Positions 1 to 9,332 of a DNA stretch of 64,000 bases are shown here, one piece after another. The stretch covers positions 7,030-71,029 of the forward strand of contig CASFSV010000014.1 of assembly GCA_949297415.1 (NCBI GenBank), in the 5' to 3' direction. Each line of letters begins with the position of its first letter. Position 1 is the first letter of the stretch. The DNA is from an uncultured Alphaproteobacteria bacterium. GTDB taxonomy: Bacteria > Pseudomonadota > Alphaproteobacteria > RF32 > CAG-239. A model generated the notes under the pieces. The model saw nothing but the letters and a program-made list of their open reading frames with translations, was not told the origin of the DNA and did no database searches. The translations under genes and the position numbers were made by a program.

Positions 1-83
1 CGGGCGTGGTGAAATTGGTAGACACGCTAGACTTAGGATCTAGTGGCTTTGCTGTGAGAGTTCGAGTCTCTCCGCCCGCACCA
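1..83 (+). tRNA. tRNA-Leu (anticodon UAG), first base clipped by the window edge
   Basis: Cloverleaf readable by eye. Anticodon stem ctaga/tctag with loop cTTAGga (anticodon TAG). Long class-II variable arm. T-arm gagag-ttcgagt-ctctc. 3' acceptor strand cgcccgc plus A plus CCA. The 5' acceptor strand reads cgggcg, so one G is missing at the edge. Confidence 0.85.
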
Positions 84-124
84 TTTCATTTTTGAAATGG
101 TCTTTTTGGAAGAGATTTAATAAA

Positions 125-1453
125 ATGAAGTTTAAAGAATTAAAAGCAGATGGCTTGTGCCGTGAATATGATGTTACAATCAGCGCAGCAGATTTTAATG
201 CAGAAGTTGAAAAAAAATTACGCTCAATCGCTAAAAACGTTAGTATGGCGGGTTTCCGTGCCGGTAAAGTTCCTTTTGCTATGGTACAGAAAAAATATCA
301 GGCTAATGCTATGAGCGAAGCTTTGGATGATATGGTGCGCGATGGCGTTAATGAACTCTTAAAAGATAAAGATTTACACCCTGTATTTACACCGGATGTT
401 GAAATGAAGAAATTTGAAGAAGGTAAAGATATCGAATTCAAAGTTTCTATGGAAATTATGCCTAAAATCGAATTGAAAGATTTCTCTTCTATTAAACTCG
501 AAAAAGTTATGGCTGAAGTTCCGGCTGAAGAAGTAGAAAAAGCTTTGAACTATATGGCTGAAAGCCGTCGCGATACAATTAAAGTTGAAGAAAATCGCGC
601 AACAGCTAAAGGTGATATTGCCGTTATTGATTTTGTTGGTTCTATCGACGGTGTTGAATTCCAAGGCGGTAAAGGCGAGGCTTATCCTCTTGAACTTGGT
701 TCTAATTCTTTTATTCCGGGTTATGAAGATCAACTTATCGGTAAAAAAGTTGGCGATGTTGTTAATGTTAAAGCAACTTTCCCAGAAAATTATCATGCTA
801 AAGATTTGGCTGGTAAAGAAGCGCTCTTTGTTACCACAATCAAAGAAATCAGAGAAATTAAAAAAGCAGAAATCAATGATGAATTTGCTAAGTCTTTAGG
901 TGAAGAAAATTTGGATAAATTAAAGGAAACTGTTAAATCCAAAATTTCTCAAGACTATGAAGCTGCTTCTAAAATGAAATTGAAACGTGCTTTGTTGGAT
1001 GCTTTGGATAAAGCTTACAAGTTTGACGTTCCGGCTAAATTGGTTAATATGGAATATGAATCCATTGTTAAACAGTATGAAAATGCTAAGAAGAACAATC
1101 AACTTGATGAAGAAGAAAAAGCTAAAAAAGAAGAAGATTTACTCAAAGAATACAAAGAAATTGCTGTTCGCAGAGTTAAACTCGGTTTGTTATTAGCTGA
1201 AGTTGGTAACGATGCTAAAGTTGAAGTTACTCAAGAAGACATCAATAAAGCTATTATGAGTGAAGCTCAACGTTATCCAATGCAAGCTAAAGCTATCTTC
1301 GACTTCTATTTGAAAAATAAAGAAGCTATTGAACGCTTACGTACTTCTGTTTATGAAGAAAAAGTTATTGACTATGTTCTTTCTAAAGTTGAAACAAAAG
1401 AAAAGAAAGTTTCGGTTGAAGAACTCTATAACTTTGACGAAAAAGCTGCTTAA
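125..1453 (+). CDS. tig: trigger factor
   Basis: 443 aa from ATG 125; the ORF-track start at 92 is an upstream TTG. N-terminal ribosome-binding motif GFRAGKVP. Central FKBP-type PPIase region (FIPGYEDQLIG). Long acidic/lysine-rich C-terminal arm. Hairpin terminator follows. Confidence 0.93.
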   Translation: MKFKELKADGLCREYDVTISAADFNAEVEKKLRSIAKNVSMAGFRAGKVPFAMVQKKYQANAMSEALDDMVRDGVNELLKDKDLHPVFTPDVEMKKFEEGKDIEFKVSMEIMPKIELKDFSSIKLEKVMAEVPAEEVEKALNYMAESRRDTIKVEENRATAKGDIAVIDFVGSIDGVEFQGGKGEAYPLELGSNSFIPGYEDQLIGKKVGDVVNVKATFPENYHAKDLAGKEALFVTTIKEIREIKKAEINDEFAKSLGEENLDKLKETVKSKISQDYEAASKMKLKRALLDALDKAYKFDVPAKLVNMEYESIVKQYENAKKNNQLDEEEKAKKEEDLLKEYKEIAVRRVKLGLLLAEVGNDAKVEVTQEDINKAIMSEAQRYPMQAKAIFDFYLKNKEAIERLRTSVYEEKVIDYVLSKVETKEKKVSVEELYNFDEKAA

Positions 1454-1481
1454 TTACTATTCTTTCACTCTAGGAAGAATA

Positions 1482-1514
1482 ACGCCCTTGCGAATGTAAG
1501 GGCGTTTTTGTTTT
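1482..1514 (+). terminator. intrinsic terminator after tig
   Basis: acgcccttgcgaatgtaagggcgt hairpin followed by a TTTTTGTTTT run. Confidence 0.8.
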
Positions 1515-1582
1515 CAAAATAAGATATTGACAGTTAATGTGTTGTTTTTTTATAGTTGTACCGAATTTTAAATTATTTTGTT

Positions 1583-1936
1583 ATGAAAAAAATTATTCTT
1601 TTTATTCTACTTGCTGTGATACTTTGTTGGTCGTGCTCTTTTAGCCATAACCGCCAAGATGTCAATTCTACTTCCACAGAGAACTCTATTGAACAAATAT
1701 CTCATCAACGGCAAACCATTACCAATATGGTAACAAATGATTCCGTTGTAGCGGCTATGATTGTTCAAGGCTATCATGGAAAAGCATCGCTTAGTGTCGC
1801 ATATGTGCTGCTTGCCAGTGGCAAAGTATTACGTTTTGCACCAGCTTTTGTGAAATCTCCATTTACTCTTGAGGAAGCGAAAATCCTTTTAGAAGCTAAA
1901 GCTCAGGGAAAATTAGTATATAATAGTACAAACTAG
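1583..1936 (+). CDS. hypothetical exported or lipoprotein-like protein
   Basis: ATG 1583 gives MKKIILFILLAVILCWSCSF, a signal peptide with a Cys near the cleavage region. C-terminal half weakly resembles the ORF at 2355-2867. Own hairpin terminator at 1956-1983. Confidence 0.55.
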   Translation: MKKIILFILLAVILCWSCSFSHNRQDVNSTSTENSIEQISHQRQTITNMVTNDSVVAAMIVQGYHGKASLSVAYVLLASGKVLRFAPAFVKSPFTLEEAKILLEAKAQGKLVYNSTN

Positions 1937-1955
1937 GCTTTATCTTCTTTATTTC

Positions 1956-1983
1956 GACGGTTCTTCGGAACCGTCTTTTTTAT
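1956..1983 (+). terminator. intrinsic terminator
   Basis: gacggttcttcggaaccgtc hairpin followed by a T-run. Confidence 0.75.
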
Positions 1984-2068
1984 TTTCATTTCTTGGGGTT
2001 GACAAAGATTTTATTTTGCTTTATATGCTTTTCGTTTTTTAATTATTCTGTTTTTAAATAATACAATT

Positions 2069-2212
2069 ATGAGTAAAAGTGAAATGATGAATGTCGGAAA
2101 AATTATTCTGGCATTTTCGGTGTTTTTTATTATCGTTATTTTGGCTGTTCTTTGTGTGCGTTGCATGTACAACACACCTGTTCCGTATAATTACGGTTAT
2201 CATTTATGGTAA
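2069..2212 (+). CDS. possible 47-aa single-pass membrane peptide (below the ORF-track size cutoff)
   Basis: My own translation: MSKSEMMNVGKIILAFSVFFIIVILAVLCVRCMYNTPVPYNYGYHLW*. One clear TM helix. Stop is followed by hairpin aagactgtttgaacaatcaaacagtctt (2233-2260). The 63-aa track ORF at 2091-2282 is in another frame and reads through that hairpin. Confidence 0.35.
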   Translation: MSKSEMMNVGKIILAFSVFFIIVILAVLCVRCMYNTPVPYNYGYHLW

Positions 2213-2354
2213 AAAAACGATATACCTTGCGAAAGACTGTTTGAACAATCAAACAGTCTTTATATTTTGTAAAAACTTTTAATTTGACAAATATTCTTTT
2301 ATTTTTTGTGATTGCGCTAGTTTGATATTATTGTTTCACTTAAATTTTACAATT

Positions 2355-2867
2355 ATGGATAAGGATAAGATTAAAGATTTTTTTAGAGCGCTCATAGGGG
2401 CATGCCGTATAGTTATCCCAGTGTTTATTATTGCTTTCGGAGTTATTTACCTAGACACTAAATTGAAAGAACGACGGGAGATTGAAAATCCAGGGTATTA
2501 TATCTTTTCTATCAAAGAAAACCATAAATCTGAACGCCTATATGAATGGGCTCCTAAGGATTCTGTGAAATCTTACTTTGAAGCCTCGGCTACAGGTGAT
2601 AGTGGATATTCCTATTCTCTTTTTTATTGTTTGCTAAAAAGTGGAAATGTGGCTATTTTCTGCCGAAAAGGTATAGAACTTCTTGATAGATTACCCTATA
2701 CGCCAGAAGCAGCTCTTCTCATTTTAGCTACAAAAAATGATTCTACTTTAGTGAGTGTTGAAGATTTTTCTGAACGCATAAAACAACCTATTATGTCTTC
2801 AGATTCTGATAAAAAGAAAAAAGATTATTCTTCTCAACAGAACGAAGAAGATGATGCTGTGATATAA
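2355..2867 (+). CDS. hypothetical membrane-anchored protein with acidic/lysine-rich tail
   Basis: ATG 2355 (MDKDKIKDFF...). One N-terminal TM segment (CRIVIPVFIIAFGVIYL). Segments SYSLFYCLLKSGNVAIFC and PYTPEAALLILATK echo SLSVAYVLLASGKVLRFA and PFTLEEAKILLEAK of the 1583-1936 product. Confidence 0.55.
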   Translation: MDKDKIKDFFRALIGACRIVIPVFIIAFGVIYLDTKLKERREIENPGYYIFSIKENHKSERLYEWAPKDSVKSYFEASATGDSGYSYSLFYCLLKSGNVAIFCRKGIELLDRLPYTPEAALLILATKNDSTLVSVEDFSERIKQPIMSSDSDKKKKDYSSQQNEEDDAVI

Positions 2868-3052
2868 TTAGGACTTATATGCAAACTACCGGAAGTGGAA
2901 ACGTTCCTTTTTAGTATTATCCCATGTTGACGCCTGTTCTTATAATCTGAACGGGCGTTTTATTTATTTCCTTAACTGTATTTTTTAGTTGCAAAAATAT
3001 CTCACCTTTGATAGATATGCTCTTAGTTTGTTTTATTTTTCAAGAGGTTGTT

Positions 3053-3916
3053 ATGCTAAAAGTCGGTATGGATATATTGATGGATTCATTATACGAAACA
3101 TTAGCTCTGTTCCCATATCTGTTTTTGACTTATTTGGCTTTGGAATTTCTTGAACATAAAATGTCTAAGAGAACCCTCGCCTATATTAAAAAATCAGGAA
3201 AGTATGGTCCGGTTATCGGTGGGCTTCTCGGGCTTATTCCTCAATGTGGGTTTTCGGTTGCTGCTGCTAACCTTTATACAACCGGTATTATTACTCTTGG
3301 TGCTCTTATTGCTATCTTTCTTTCTACATCCGATGAAATGTTGCCGATTTTAATTTCCGGTGGTGTCAGTGTTCCTCTTATTGCGCAAATACTTTGTATT
3401 AAAGTTTTCTTTGCTATTATCAGCGGTTTTTTGATTGATATGTTTCTTCCTCAGAGATTTATTCGTCATAGACGTGAACCTGAAATCGAAGCCTTTTGTA
3501 AACGTGAAAAATGTCAATGTGATGATAAAGATAATATTTGGCATTCCGCATTTAAACATACCGAAAAAATCAGCTTATTTATCTTTTTCTTCTCACTAAT
3601 CATCAATACGGTTTTTGTTATGGGTGGAAGAGAAACAATACATGATATGTTGGTTGGTTTCCCTATCTTCAGTAAATTTATTGCAGCAGGTGTCGGACTT
3701 ATTCCTAGCTGCTATCCTTCTGTTTTATTATCGCAACTTTATTTGGATAATGCCATTACTCTCGGTACCATGTTGGCTGGAACTCTCAGCAATGCCGGTT
3801 TAGGATATTTTGTGCTTTATCGCGTTAATCCGAATAAAATCGAAAATTTAAGAATTCTTGCTCTTCTGTATGGACTTGGTGTTGGTTGTGGTATTATTGC
3901 CGAAATATTGTTTTAA
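3053..3916 (+). CDS. putative 10-TM heavy-metal exporter family membrane protein (ArsP_2-like)
   Basis: ATG 3053 preceded by agagg. Polytopic membrane protein. The FLEHK...GPVIGGLLGLIPQCGFSVAAANLY...LSTSDEMLPILIS pattern matches the ArsP_2/DUF2899-type family as I recall it. Confidence 0.65.
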   Translation: MLKVGMDILMDSLYETLALFPYLFLTYLALEFLEHKMSKRTLAYIKKSGKYGPVIGGLLGLIPQCGFSVAAANLYTTGIITLGALIAIFLSTSDEMLPILISGGVSVPLIAQILCIKVFFAIISGFLIDMFLPQRFIRHRREPEIEAFCKREKCQCDDKDNIWHSAFKHTEKISLFIFFFSLIINTVFVMGGRETIHDMLVGFPIFSKFIAAGVGLIPSCYPSVLLSQLYLDNAITLGTMLAGTLSNAGLGYFVLYRVNPNKIENLRILALLYGLGVGCGIIAEILF

Positions 3917-4756
3917 CTACTCCTTATAATTGTTACGCAATAATGTTATTTCTTCCGCATAGCCTTCTAATTCATTCGGGGTTTCTAAATTTATAGGTAT
4001 TCCTCTTAATGCCGGATGATTGATGAACTTAATTAAAGCGTCTGCTCCCAGACTTCCCTTACCTAAACATTCGTGGCGGTCTTTATGTGAATTAAACTCG
4101 GTCATACTGTCGTTTAAATGTATCGCTTGCAGTCTATTCAATCCGATTATCTTGTCAAATTCTTCCAAAACTTCATCTAAATGATTGACTATATCATAGC
4201 CGGCTGAATATACATGACATGTATCCAAACATACGCCTAATTTTTCCGGTGCATTTATCTTTGCTTTTGATATGATTTCTGCCAATTCTTCAAAACGCGA
4301 TCCGACTTCACTACCTTTACCGGACATTGTTTCCAACAACACTGTCGTGTTTTTTGCTTCAGGCATTACAGCATCCAAAATCTCCACAATCTGAGGTATT
4401 GCCACATCAATCCCCTGTCCCACATGTGAGCCTGGATGAAAATTATACAAATTACCAGGAATATTTTCCATCCGCTTCAAATCATCGGCAAACACATTTT
4501 GCGCAAATTCCCGAGTAGATGCATCTTTAGAACAAGGGTTTAATGTATACGGTGCGTGCGCTAAAATCTTTCCAAATTTATACTCTGATGCAACTTTCTT
4601 ATATTCGGCAATATCCTCATCCTTTATTTCTTTAGCCGCTCCACCTCGAGGATTACGCAAAAAGAATTGAAACGTATTCGCTCCTATTTTAACTGCTGTT
4701 TTTCCCATCGCAGCAAACCCACCTGCCGACGATAAATGACATCCGAGATATAACAT
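3917..4756 (-). CDS. nfo: endonuclease IV (deoxyribonuclease IV)
   Basis: Motifs [65 protein letters not shown] at 4756 (MLYLGCHLS) is preceded by aagagg. The track start at 4774 is a TTG. Confidence 0.92.
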   Translation of the reverse strand: MLYLGCHLSSAGGFAAMGKTAVKIGANTFQFFLRNPRGGAAKEIKDEDIAEYKKVASEYKFGKILAHAPYTLNPCSKDASTREFAQNVFADDLKRMENIPGNLYNFHPGSHVGQGIDVAIPQIVEILDAVMPEAKNTTVLLETMSGKGSEVGSRFEELAEIISKAKINAPEKLGVCLDTCHVYSAGYDIVNHLDEVLEEFDKIIGLNRLQAIHLNDSMTEFNSHKDRHECLGKGSLGADALIKFINHPALRGIPINLETPNELEGYAEEITLLRNNYKE

Positions 4757-4890
4757 CTTTGCCTCTTTTCTCAAATTAGTTTCATTTATTGCTATCTCTT
4801 TTTATGCGAAACGTCAATTTTTTTTGTAAACATATCAAAAAATGCTTGTAATCTTATTTTTTTTTGTGTAGAAATATTGTCGTTGAACGT

Positions 4891-4967
4891 CGGAACGTAG
4901 TTCAGCCTGGTAGAACGCTGCGTTCGGGTCGCAGAGGTCAGTGGTTCGAATCCACCCGTTCCGACCA
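4891..4967 (+). tRNA. tRNA-Pro (anticodon CGG)
   Basis: Acceptor cggaacg/cgttccg plus A plus CCA. Anticodon stem ctgcg/cgcag with loop ttCGGgt. T-loop ggttcgaatcc. Followed by hairpin accgccctatgaggcggt and a T-run. Confidence 0.92.
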
Positions 4968-5066
4968 TTTATTTACCGCCCTATGAGGCGGTTTTTTTTA
5001 TGTTTTTTTTACCCACTTGATGAAAATGCAAAACTATTGATTATATCTTATCCAGGAGTTTTGCAG

Positions 5067-5483
5067 ATGGTTAAAGTTTTTGTTTCCGGTTGTTTTGATG
5101 TTTTGCATAGCGGACATATTCGCTTTTTTGAAGAAGCTGCGCAATATGGCGATTTATATGTTTCTATCGGCTCGGATAAAACTGTTGCTGCCTTAAAACA
5201 TCGTCCGACACTTTATAATGAATTAGAGCGTTTATATATGGTTTCTGCTCTTAAATATGTTCATCTCGCTTTTATTGCACAAGGTTCCGGTAAATTAGAC
5301 TTCTTAAATGAACTTAACGAAATTAAACCGGATATATTTTTTGTTAATTCTGATGGCGATACTGCCGAGAAAAGAAAGGTTGTTGAAACGCTGGGTATTC
5401 GTTATATTGTCAGTCATCGCATTCCCAAAGATTTACTCCCTATTCGCTCGACAACAGCTATTCGGCAAGTTTTATGTAAATAA
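5067..5483 (+). CDS. cytidylyltransferase-like (adenylyl/cytidylyltransferase family) protein
   Basis: 138 aa from ATG 5067 with aggag RBS. SGCFDVLHSGHIRFFEEA is the (T/H)xGH nucleotidyltransferase signature. The track extension to 4941 overlaps tRNA-Pro and is rejected. Confidence 0.8.
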   Translation: MVKVFVSGCFDVLHSGHIRFFEEAAQYGDLYVSIGSDKTVAALKHRPTLYNELERLYMVSALKYVHLAFIAQGSGKLDFLNELNEIKPDIFFVNSDGDTAEKRKVVETLGIRYIVSHRIPKDLLPIRSTTAIRQVLCK

Positions 5484-5505
5484 ATTTCATCCACTTTTAT
5501 AAATG

Positions 5506-5541
5506 AAAAACCCCGCTTGATTACTGCGGGGTTTTGTTTTT
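5506..5541. terminator. bidirectional intrinsic terminator between convergent genes
   Basis: aaaaa-ccccgc-ttgattact-gcgggg-ttttgtttttt. A-run and T-run flank a GC stem. Confidence 0.8.
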
Positions 5542-5557
5542 TCCTATGAGCTATGCC

Positions 5558-5941
5558 CTAGTCTGCATTCTTTTTAGTTTGTGCAGACAAATCGTCCGCA
5601 ATACGAGCAGAACGACCACGCAATGCACGCAAGAAGTACAATTTTGCTCTTCTTACTTTACCTACACGCGTAACTTCAATTTTGGCTACGTTTGGAGAGT
5701 ACAACGGGAATACACGTTCTACACCTTCACCAAATGAAATCTTACGAACCGTAAATGATGAATTTAAACCATCATTCTTACGGGCAATGCATACACCTTC
5801 GTAAATTTGGATACGTTCACGATCGCCTTCTTTTACTTTGGTGTGAACTTTAAGGGTATCACCAGCTTTGAAATCAGGAATGTTTTTTCCTTCAGTCAAT
5901 TTGGCTACTTGCTCTTGTTCAATATTTTCTAAAATATTCAT
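5558..5941 (-). CDS. rplS: 50S ribosomal protein L19
   Basis: [12 protein letters not shown]... from ATG 5941. Typical L19 core (GDTLKVH.KVKEG.RERIQ.YEGV.IA). Last gene of the rpsP-rimM-trmD-rplS cluster. Confidence 0.93.
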   Translation of the reverse strand: MNILENIEQEQVAKLTEGKNIPDFKAGDTLKVHTKVKEGDRERIQIYEGVCIARKNDGLNSSFTVRKISFGEGVERVFPLYSPNVAKIEVTRVGKVRRAKLYFLRALRGRSARIADDLSAQTKKNAD

Positions 5942-5980
5942 CAGTTTTACCTTTTTATAAAATTTTTTAACTTTATACAC

Positions 5981-6673
5981 CTAACTATTTTTAGAATCAA
6001 GATATTTCTTAAATAGGTCAGGCCGTTTAGCTTTCGTTGCGATTTCGGCTTGTTCTCTTCGCCATGTTTCAATCTTCTGATGATGCCCTGATAGTAATAT
6101 CTCCGGAACTTGCCGCCCTTTCCATTCTATTGGTCGGGTGTATTGCGGATACTCCAGCAAATTACTTTCGAAGCTCTCATCTTCTATTGATGCTTCATTT
6201 CCTAATACACCGGGCAATAATCTTATCACTGAGTCTAACATTATTTGCGCCGCTTGTTCGCCTCCGGTCAAAATGTAATCGCCGATGCTTACTTCTTCCA
6301 CATTATATTCTTCAATGATACGTTCGTCTATACCTTCAAATCTTCCGCATATTATCGTTATGTTCTCTTCTTTTGAAAGTTCGTGACTTAATTTTTGTGT
6401 CAGAGTTTTTCCTCTCGGGCTCATATATATAATGCGACCTCCTTGATAATTGGCTTCAATCGCCTTTCCCAAGATATCCGCGCGCATTATCATGCCGGCT
6501 CCTCCGCCACAGGGCGTATCATCGACCGATTTGTGTTTATCTTCAGCATAATCGCGAATGTTTATGGCTTCAATTTGCCACTTCTTTTCTTCCAGTGCTT
6601 TTCCTGTCAATGAATACCCCAAAAATCCGGGAAATATTTCAGGAAATACTGTTAGAACTTTTACGCTTAGCAT
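5981..6673 (-). CDS. trmD: tRNA (guanine37-N1)-methyltransferase
   Basis: VLTVFPEIFPG, YSLTGKALE, DDTPCGGGAGMIM, ICGRFEGIDERI and GDYILTGGE motifs plus operon context. Confidence 0.93.
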   Translation of the reverse strand: MLSVKVLTVFPEIFPGFLGYSLTGKALEEKKWQIEAINIRDYAEDKHKSVDDTPCGGGAGMIMRADILGKAIEANYQGGRIIYMSPRGKTLTQKLSHELSKEENITIICGRFEGIDERIIEEYNVEEVSIGDYILTGGEQAAQIMLDSVIRLLPGVLGNEASIEDESFESNLLEYPQYTRPIEWKGRQVPEILLSGHHQKIETWRREQAEIATKAKRPDLFKKYLDSKNS

Positions 6674-7203
6674 TCTTTAGAATCCTCTTCGTCTTCTATG
6701 AACACCATACCGGTTGACGCAACAATAATATAGCCTTCCTCAAGATTTATTTCCGGTACATATCCTTTATTAAAAGGCAACATCTCCGAACGACCACTCT
6801 TTAGCTTTATTTCCAATATATCGCCAGCTCCGAAATTATAGAATCCCGTTACCTTAGCGACTTCTTTCTTTTCGGCATCCAGTACTTTCAAACCGACTAA
6901 ATCGGCTTCATAATACTCTTCTTCCGCTTTAATTTCAGGAAGAACACCTCTTGGAGCATAAAGTTCCGTTCCTATCAGAGTTTCAGCCATCGTACGGTCT
7001 TCAACCCCTAAGATTTTGACACGAAGCAAATCTTTTGAATGACCGGTAACCTTTAAGTTGAAATGCTTTGCGGCAGTCTTGTCTTCTAACGCACCATAAC
7101 TTGCGATGTCTTTATCTACAACTGTATAGCTTTTGACCTTAACCTCGCCTTTTATACCGTGTACGCCGACTATTTTGCCTAAACAAACGCGTTTTTCACT
7201 CAT
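6667..7203 (-). CDS. rimM: 16S rRNA processing protein RimM
   Basis: GKIVGVHGIKGEVKV N-terminal motif, PRC-barrel-like C-terminus, position between rpsP and trmD. Confidence 0.88.
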   Translation of the reverse strand: MSEKRVCLGKIVGVHGIKGEVKVKSYTVVDKDIASYGALEDKTAAKHFNLKVTGHSKDLLRVKILGVEDRTMAETLIGTELYAPRGVLPEIKAEEEYYEADLVGLKVLDAEKKEVAKVTGFYNFGAGDILEIKLKSGRSEMLPFNKGYVPEINLEEGYIIVASTGMVFIEDEEDSKEC

Positions 7204-7250
7204 CTGATTACCTATCGCAACATATTCTTATTTTTCAAAAGAAACTTAGA

Positions 7251-7643
7251 TTAAGCTTCTGCAGATGCTTCTTCAGCAGCTGCGGCTGCTGCTTCTGCAG
7301 CGGCTTTTGCTTTTTCTTCTTTTTCTTTAATTCTCTCTAAAGCTTTAGCTTTTGGAGCAGATTTCTTTGGCTGATTGTGAATTTTCGGTGCTTCACAAAT
7401 TCCTAAATTTGCAAATAATTTTTGCAATCTTTCTGTTGGTTGTGCACCTTTAGCGAGCCAAGATTTTACTTTTTCAATATCAAGAACTAATCTGTCTTGA
7501 TGATCTTGCGGCAATAATGGATTGTAAGAACCCAATTTTTCAATAAATCTACCGTCACGAGGAGCTCTTTGATCGGCAGCTACTACGCGATAGTATGGGT
7601 GCTTCTTTGATCCACCGCGAGAAAGTCTAATACGAACTGTCAT
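7251..7643 (-). CDS. rpsP: 30S ribosomal protein S16 with Ala/Glu/Lys-rich C-terminal extension
   Basis: MTVRIRLSRGGSKKHPYYRVVAADQRAPRDGRFIEKLGSYNP is canonical S16. Confidence 0.93.
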   Translation of the reverse strand: MTVRIRLSRGGSKKHPYYRVVAADQRAPRDGRFIEKLGSYNPLLPQDHQDRLVLDIEKVKSWLAKGAQPTERLQKLFANLGICEAPKIHNQPKKSAPKAKALERIKEKEEKAKAAAEAAAAAAEEASAEA

Positions 7644-7684
7644 TTTTTTCCTTTCCAGTTATTTATTTGTTTCGTTTCTTCCGC

Positions 7685-9067
7685 TTAAAACGGAAATTTG
7701 TTGTTAAACCCGCCAAAGGAATTTCCTCCGAACGGATTGTTTTTCATAAAACGGGTTGCAAGAGAACTCATGCCTCCAAGCTTACCCATTCTTTTCATCA
7801 TGGTTGACATTTGCTCATAGGATTTAAGCAACTTGTTAACTTCATGAACTTCTACACCGGCTCCGGCTGCTATTCTTTTTTTGCGGGAGGCTTTGATAAT
7901 ATCCGGATTGCGACGCTCGCCTTTGGTCATTGACAAGATAATTGCTTCTTGTCTTTTCATCATCGCATCAGCATTTGCTGCTTCTATTTGTTCTTTATAT
8001 TTGCTTAATCCGGGTAACATTCCCATAATATTGGATACGGAGCCCAATTTCTTCATCTGGCGAATTTGATTGAGCATATCCTCTAAATCAAATTTGCCTT
8101 TCATCATCTTTTTAGCCATAGCTTCGGTTTCTTCTTTATCCAGATTTTCTACGGCTTTTTCTACAAGACTGACGACATCACCTTTATCTAATATTCTTCC
8201 GGCAAGTCTGTCTGCATGAAATTCTTCTATATCTTCTAATTTTTCACCGGTTCCTAAAAACTTCAAAGGAGCTCCTGAAACCATCTTCATTGATAAAGCG
8301 GCTCCGGCACGAGATGAACCATCTATTCTGGTTAATACCAAACCCGTAATACCGACTTTTTCATTAAATTCTTTAGCAACATTGCAAGCTTCTTGTCCGA
8401 TAAGAGAATCGGCAACCAACAATGTTTCGGTCGGGTTAGCCAACTTCTTAACGCTGGCAACTTCATCCATCAATTTTTCATCTATTTGCAGACGACCGGC
8501 CGTATCTAATATCAATACATCATAAATACCTTTTTGACCGGCAGCAATAGCACGTTTTGTTATTTCTAACGGCTTTTCTCCGGCAACGATTGGTAAAACG
8601 TCCACATTGATTTGTTTACCCAACTGAGCAAGCTGTTCTTGTGCTGCCGGACGGTAAACGTCTAAAGATGCCATTAACACGCGTTTATTCTTTTTTAATT
8701 TTAAAGCAATCTTCGCAGAGGTTGTCGTTTTACCGGAGCCTTGCAAACCCACCATCAAAATAACCGCAGGTGGAACGGCTTTGAAATTTAATTCTGTACT
8801 ATCACCACCCAACAAATCTATCAACTCATCATAAACGATTTTTACGAGTTGTTGGTCGGGACGGATAGATTTGATAACTTTTTCGCCAAGAGCTTTTTCT
8901 TTTACTCTGGCCATAAATTCTTTAACAACGCTCAAGGAAACATCTGCTTCTAACAAAGCCAAGCGAATCTCTCTTAACCCCTCTTCAATATCCTTCTCTT
9001 TAAGAACACCGCGAGAGCCTAAACGACTGAATATGTCACTCAACTTTGTTGTTAATGCGTCAAACAT
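7685..9067 (-). CDS. ffh: signal recognition particle protein Ffh
   Basis: NG domain (GLQGSGKTTT, DTAGR, TRIDG) and Met-rich M domain (MKKLGSVSNIMGMLPG). Confidence 0.95.
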   Translation of the reverse strand: MFDALTTKLSDIFSRLGSRGVLKEKDIEEGLREIRLALLEADVSLSVVKEFMARVKEKALGEKVIKSIRPDQQLVKIVYDELIDLLGGDSTELNFKAVPPAVILMVGLQGSGKTTTSAKIALKLKKNKRVLMASLDVYRPAAQEQLAQLGKQINVDVLPIVAGEKPLEITKRAIAAGQKGIYDVLILDTAGRLQIDEKLMDEVASVKKLANPTETLLVADSLIGQEACNVAKEFNEKVGITGLVLTRIDGSSRAGAALSMKMVSGAPLKFLGTGEKLEDIEEFHADRLAGRILDKGDVVSLVEKAVENLDKEETEAMAKKMMKGKFDLEDMLNQIRQMKKLGSVSNIMGMLPGLSKYKEQIEAANADAMMKRQEAIILSMTKGERRNPDIIKASRKKRIAAGAGVEVHEVNKLLKSYEQMSTMMKRMGKLGGMSSLATRFMKNNPFGGNSFGGFNNKFPF

Positions 9068-9332
9068 TTGTTTCCTTTTTACTTTCCTTACTATTAGTAA
9101 AAAAAATTGCGCCAGTGTGCGAACCCTCGCTGACTGACGGCACTCCGTGGAGTGTTATTTTTTACTTAAATCTGTCTTGATACTAGGGATTTTTTCTCAA
9201 GAGTCAAGTCTTTTTTTAGAACTTTTCCTTTTTAAATTGCCGACAACTCTCTTAAAATTTGTACTTGCATATTCCTTTTTATTTGTTATTATGCGCTTAA
9301 TTTTAATGTATTATCCTTTTTTGAGAAAAATT

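Noticed and set aside
374-1196. Track ORFs inside or antisense to tig (374-796, 585-899, 920-1102, 987-1196). Similar shadow ORFs lie inside nearly every long gene in the window.
   Set aside because: They overlap strongly supported genes. They translate to low-complexity Phe/Ile/Leu/Lys/Asn-rich strings, as expected from out-of-frame or antisense reading of AT-rich coding DNA. They lack start context.
2091-2282. 63-aa track ORF.
   Set aside because: It reads through a strong hairpin at 2233-2260 and has odd composition. A 47-aa ORF in another frame that ends before the hairpin explains the region better, though it is itself only tentative.
4941-5066. N-terminal extension of the cytidylyltransferase ORF (track start 4941).
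   Set aside because: It overlaps the 3' half of tRNA-Pro and its terminator. ATG 5067 has an aggag RBS and gives the canonical family N-terminus.
9100-9166. SRP (4.5S) RNA next to ffh.
   Set aside because: It is too short. It lacks the conserved domain IV pattern (GGAA tetraloop with the AGCA / symmetric-loop context).
9147-9332. N-terminal extension of prfC (track start 9147).
   Set aside because: It adds a hydrophobic, non-homologous 62 aa and covers promoter-like sequence. RF3 homology starts at MPENIV (ATG 9333).
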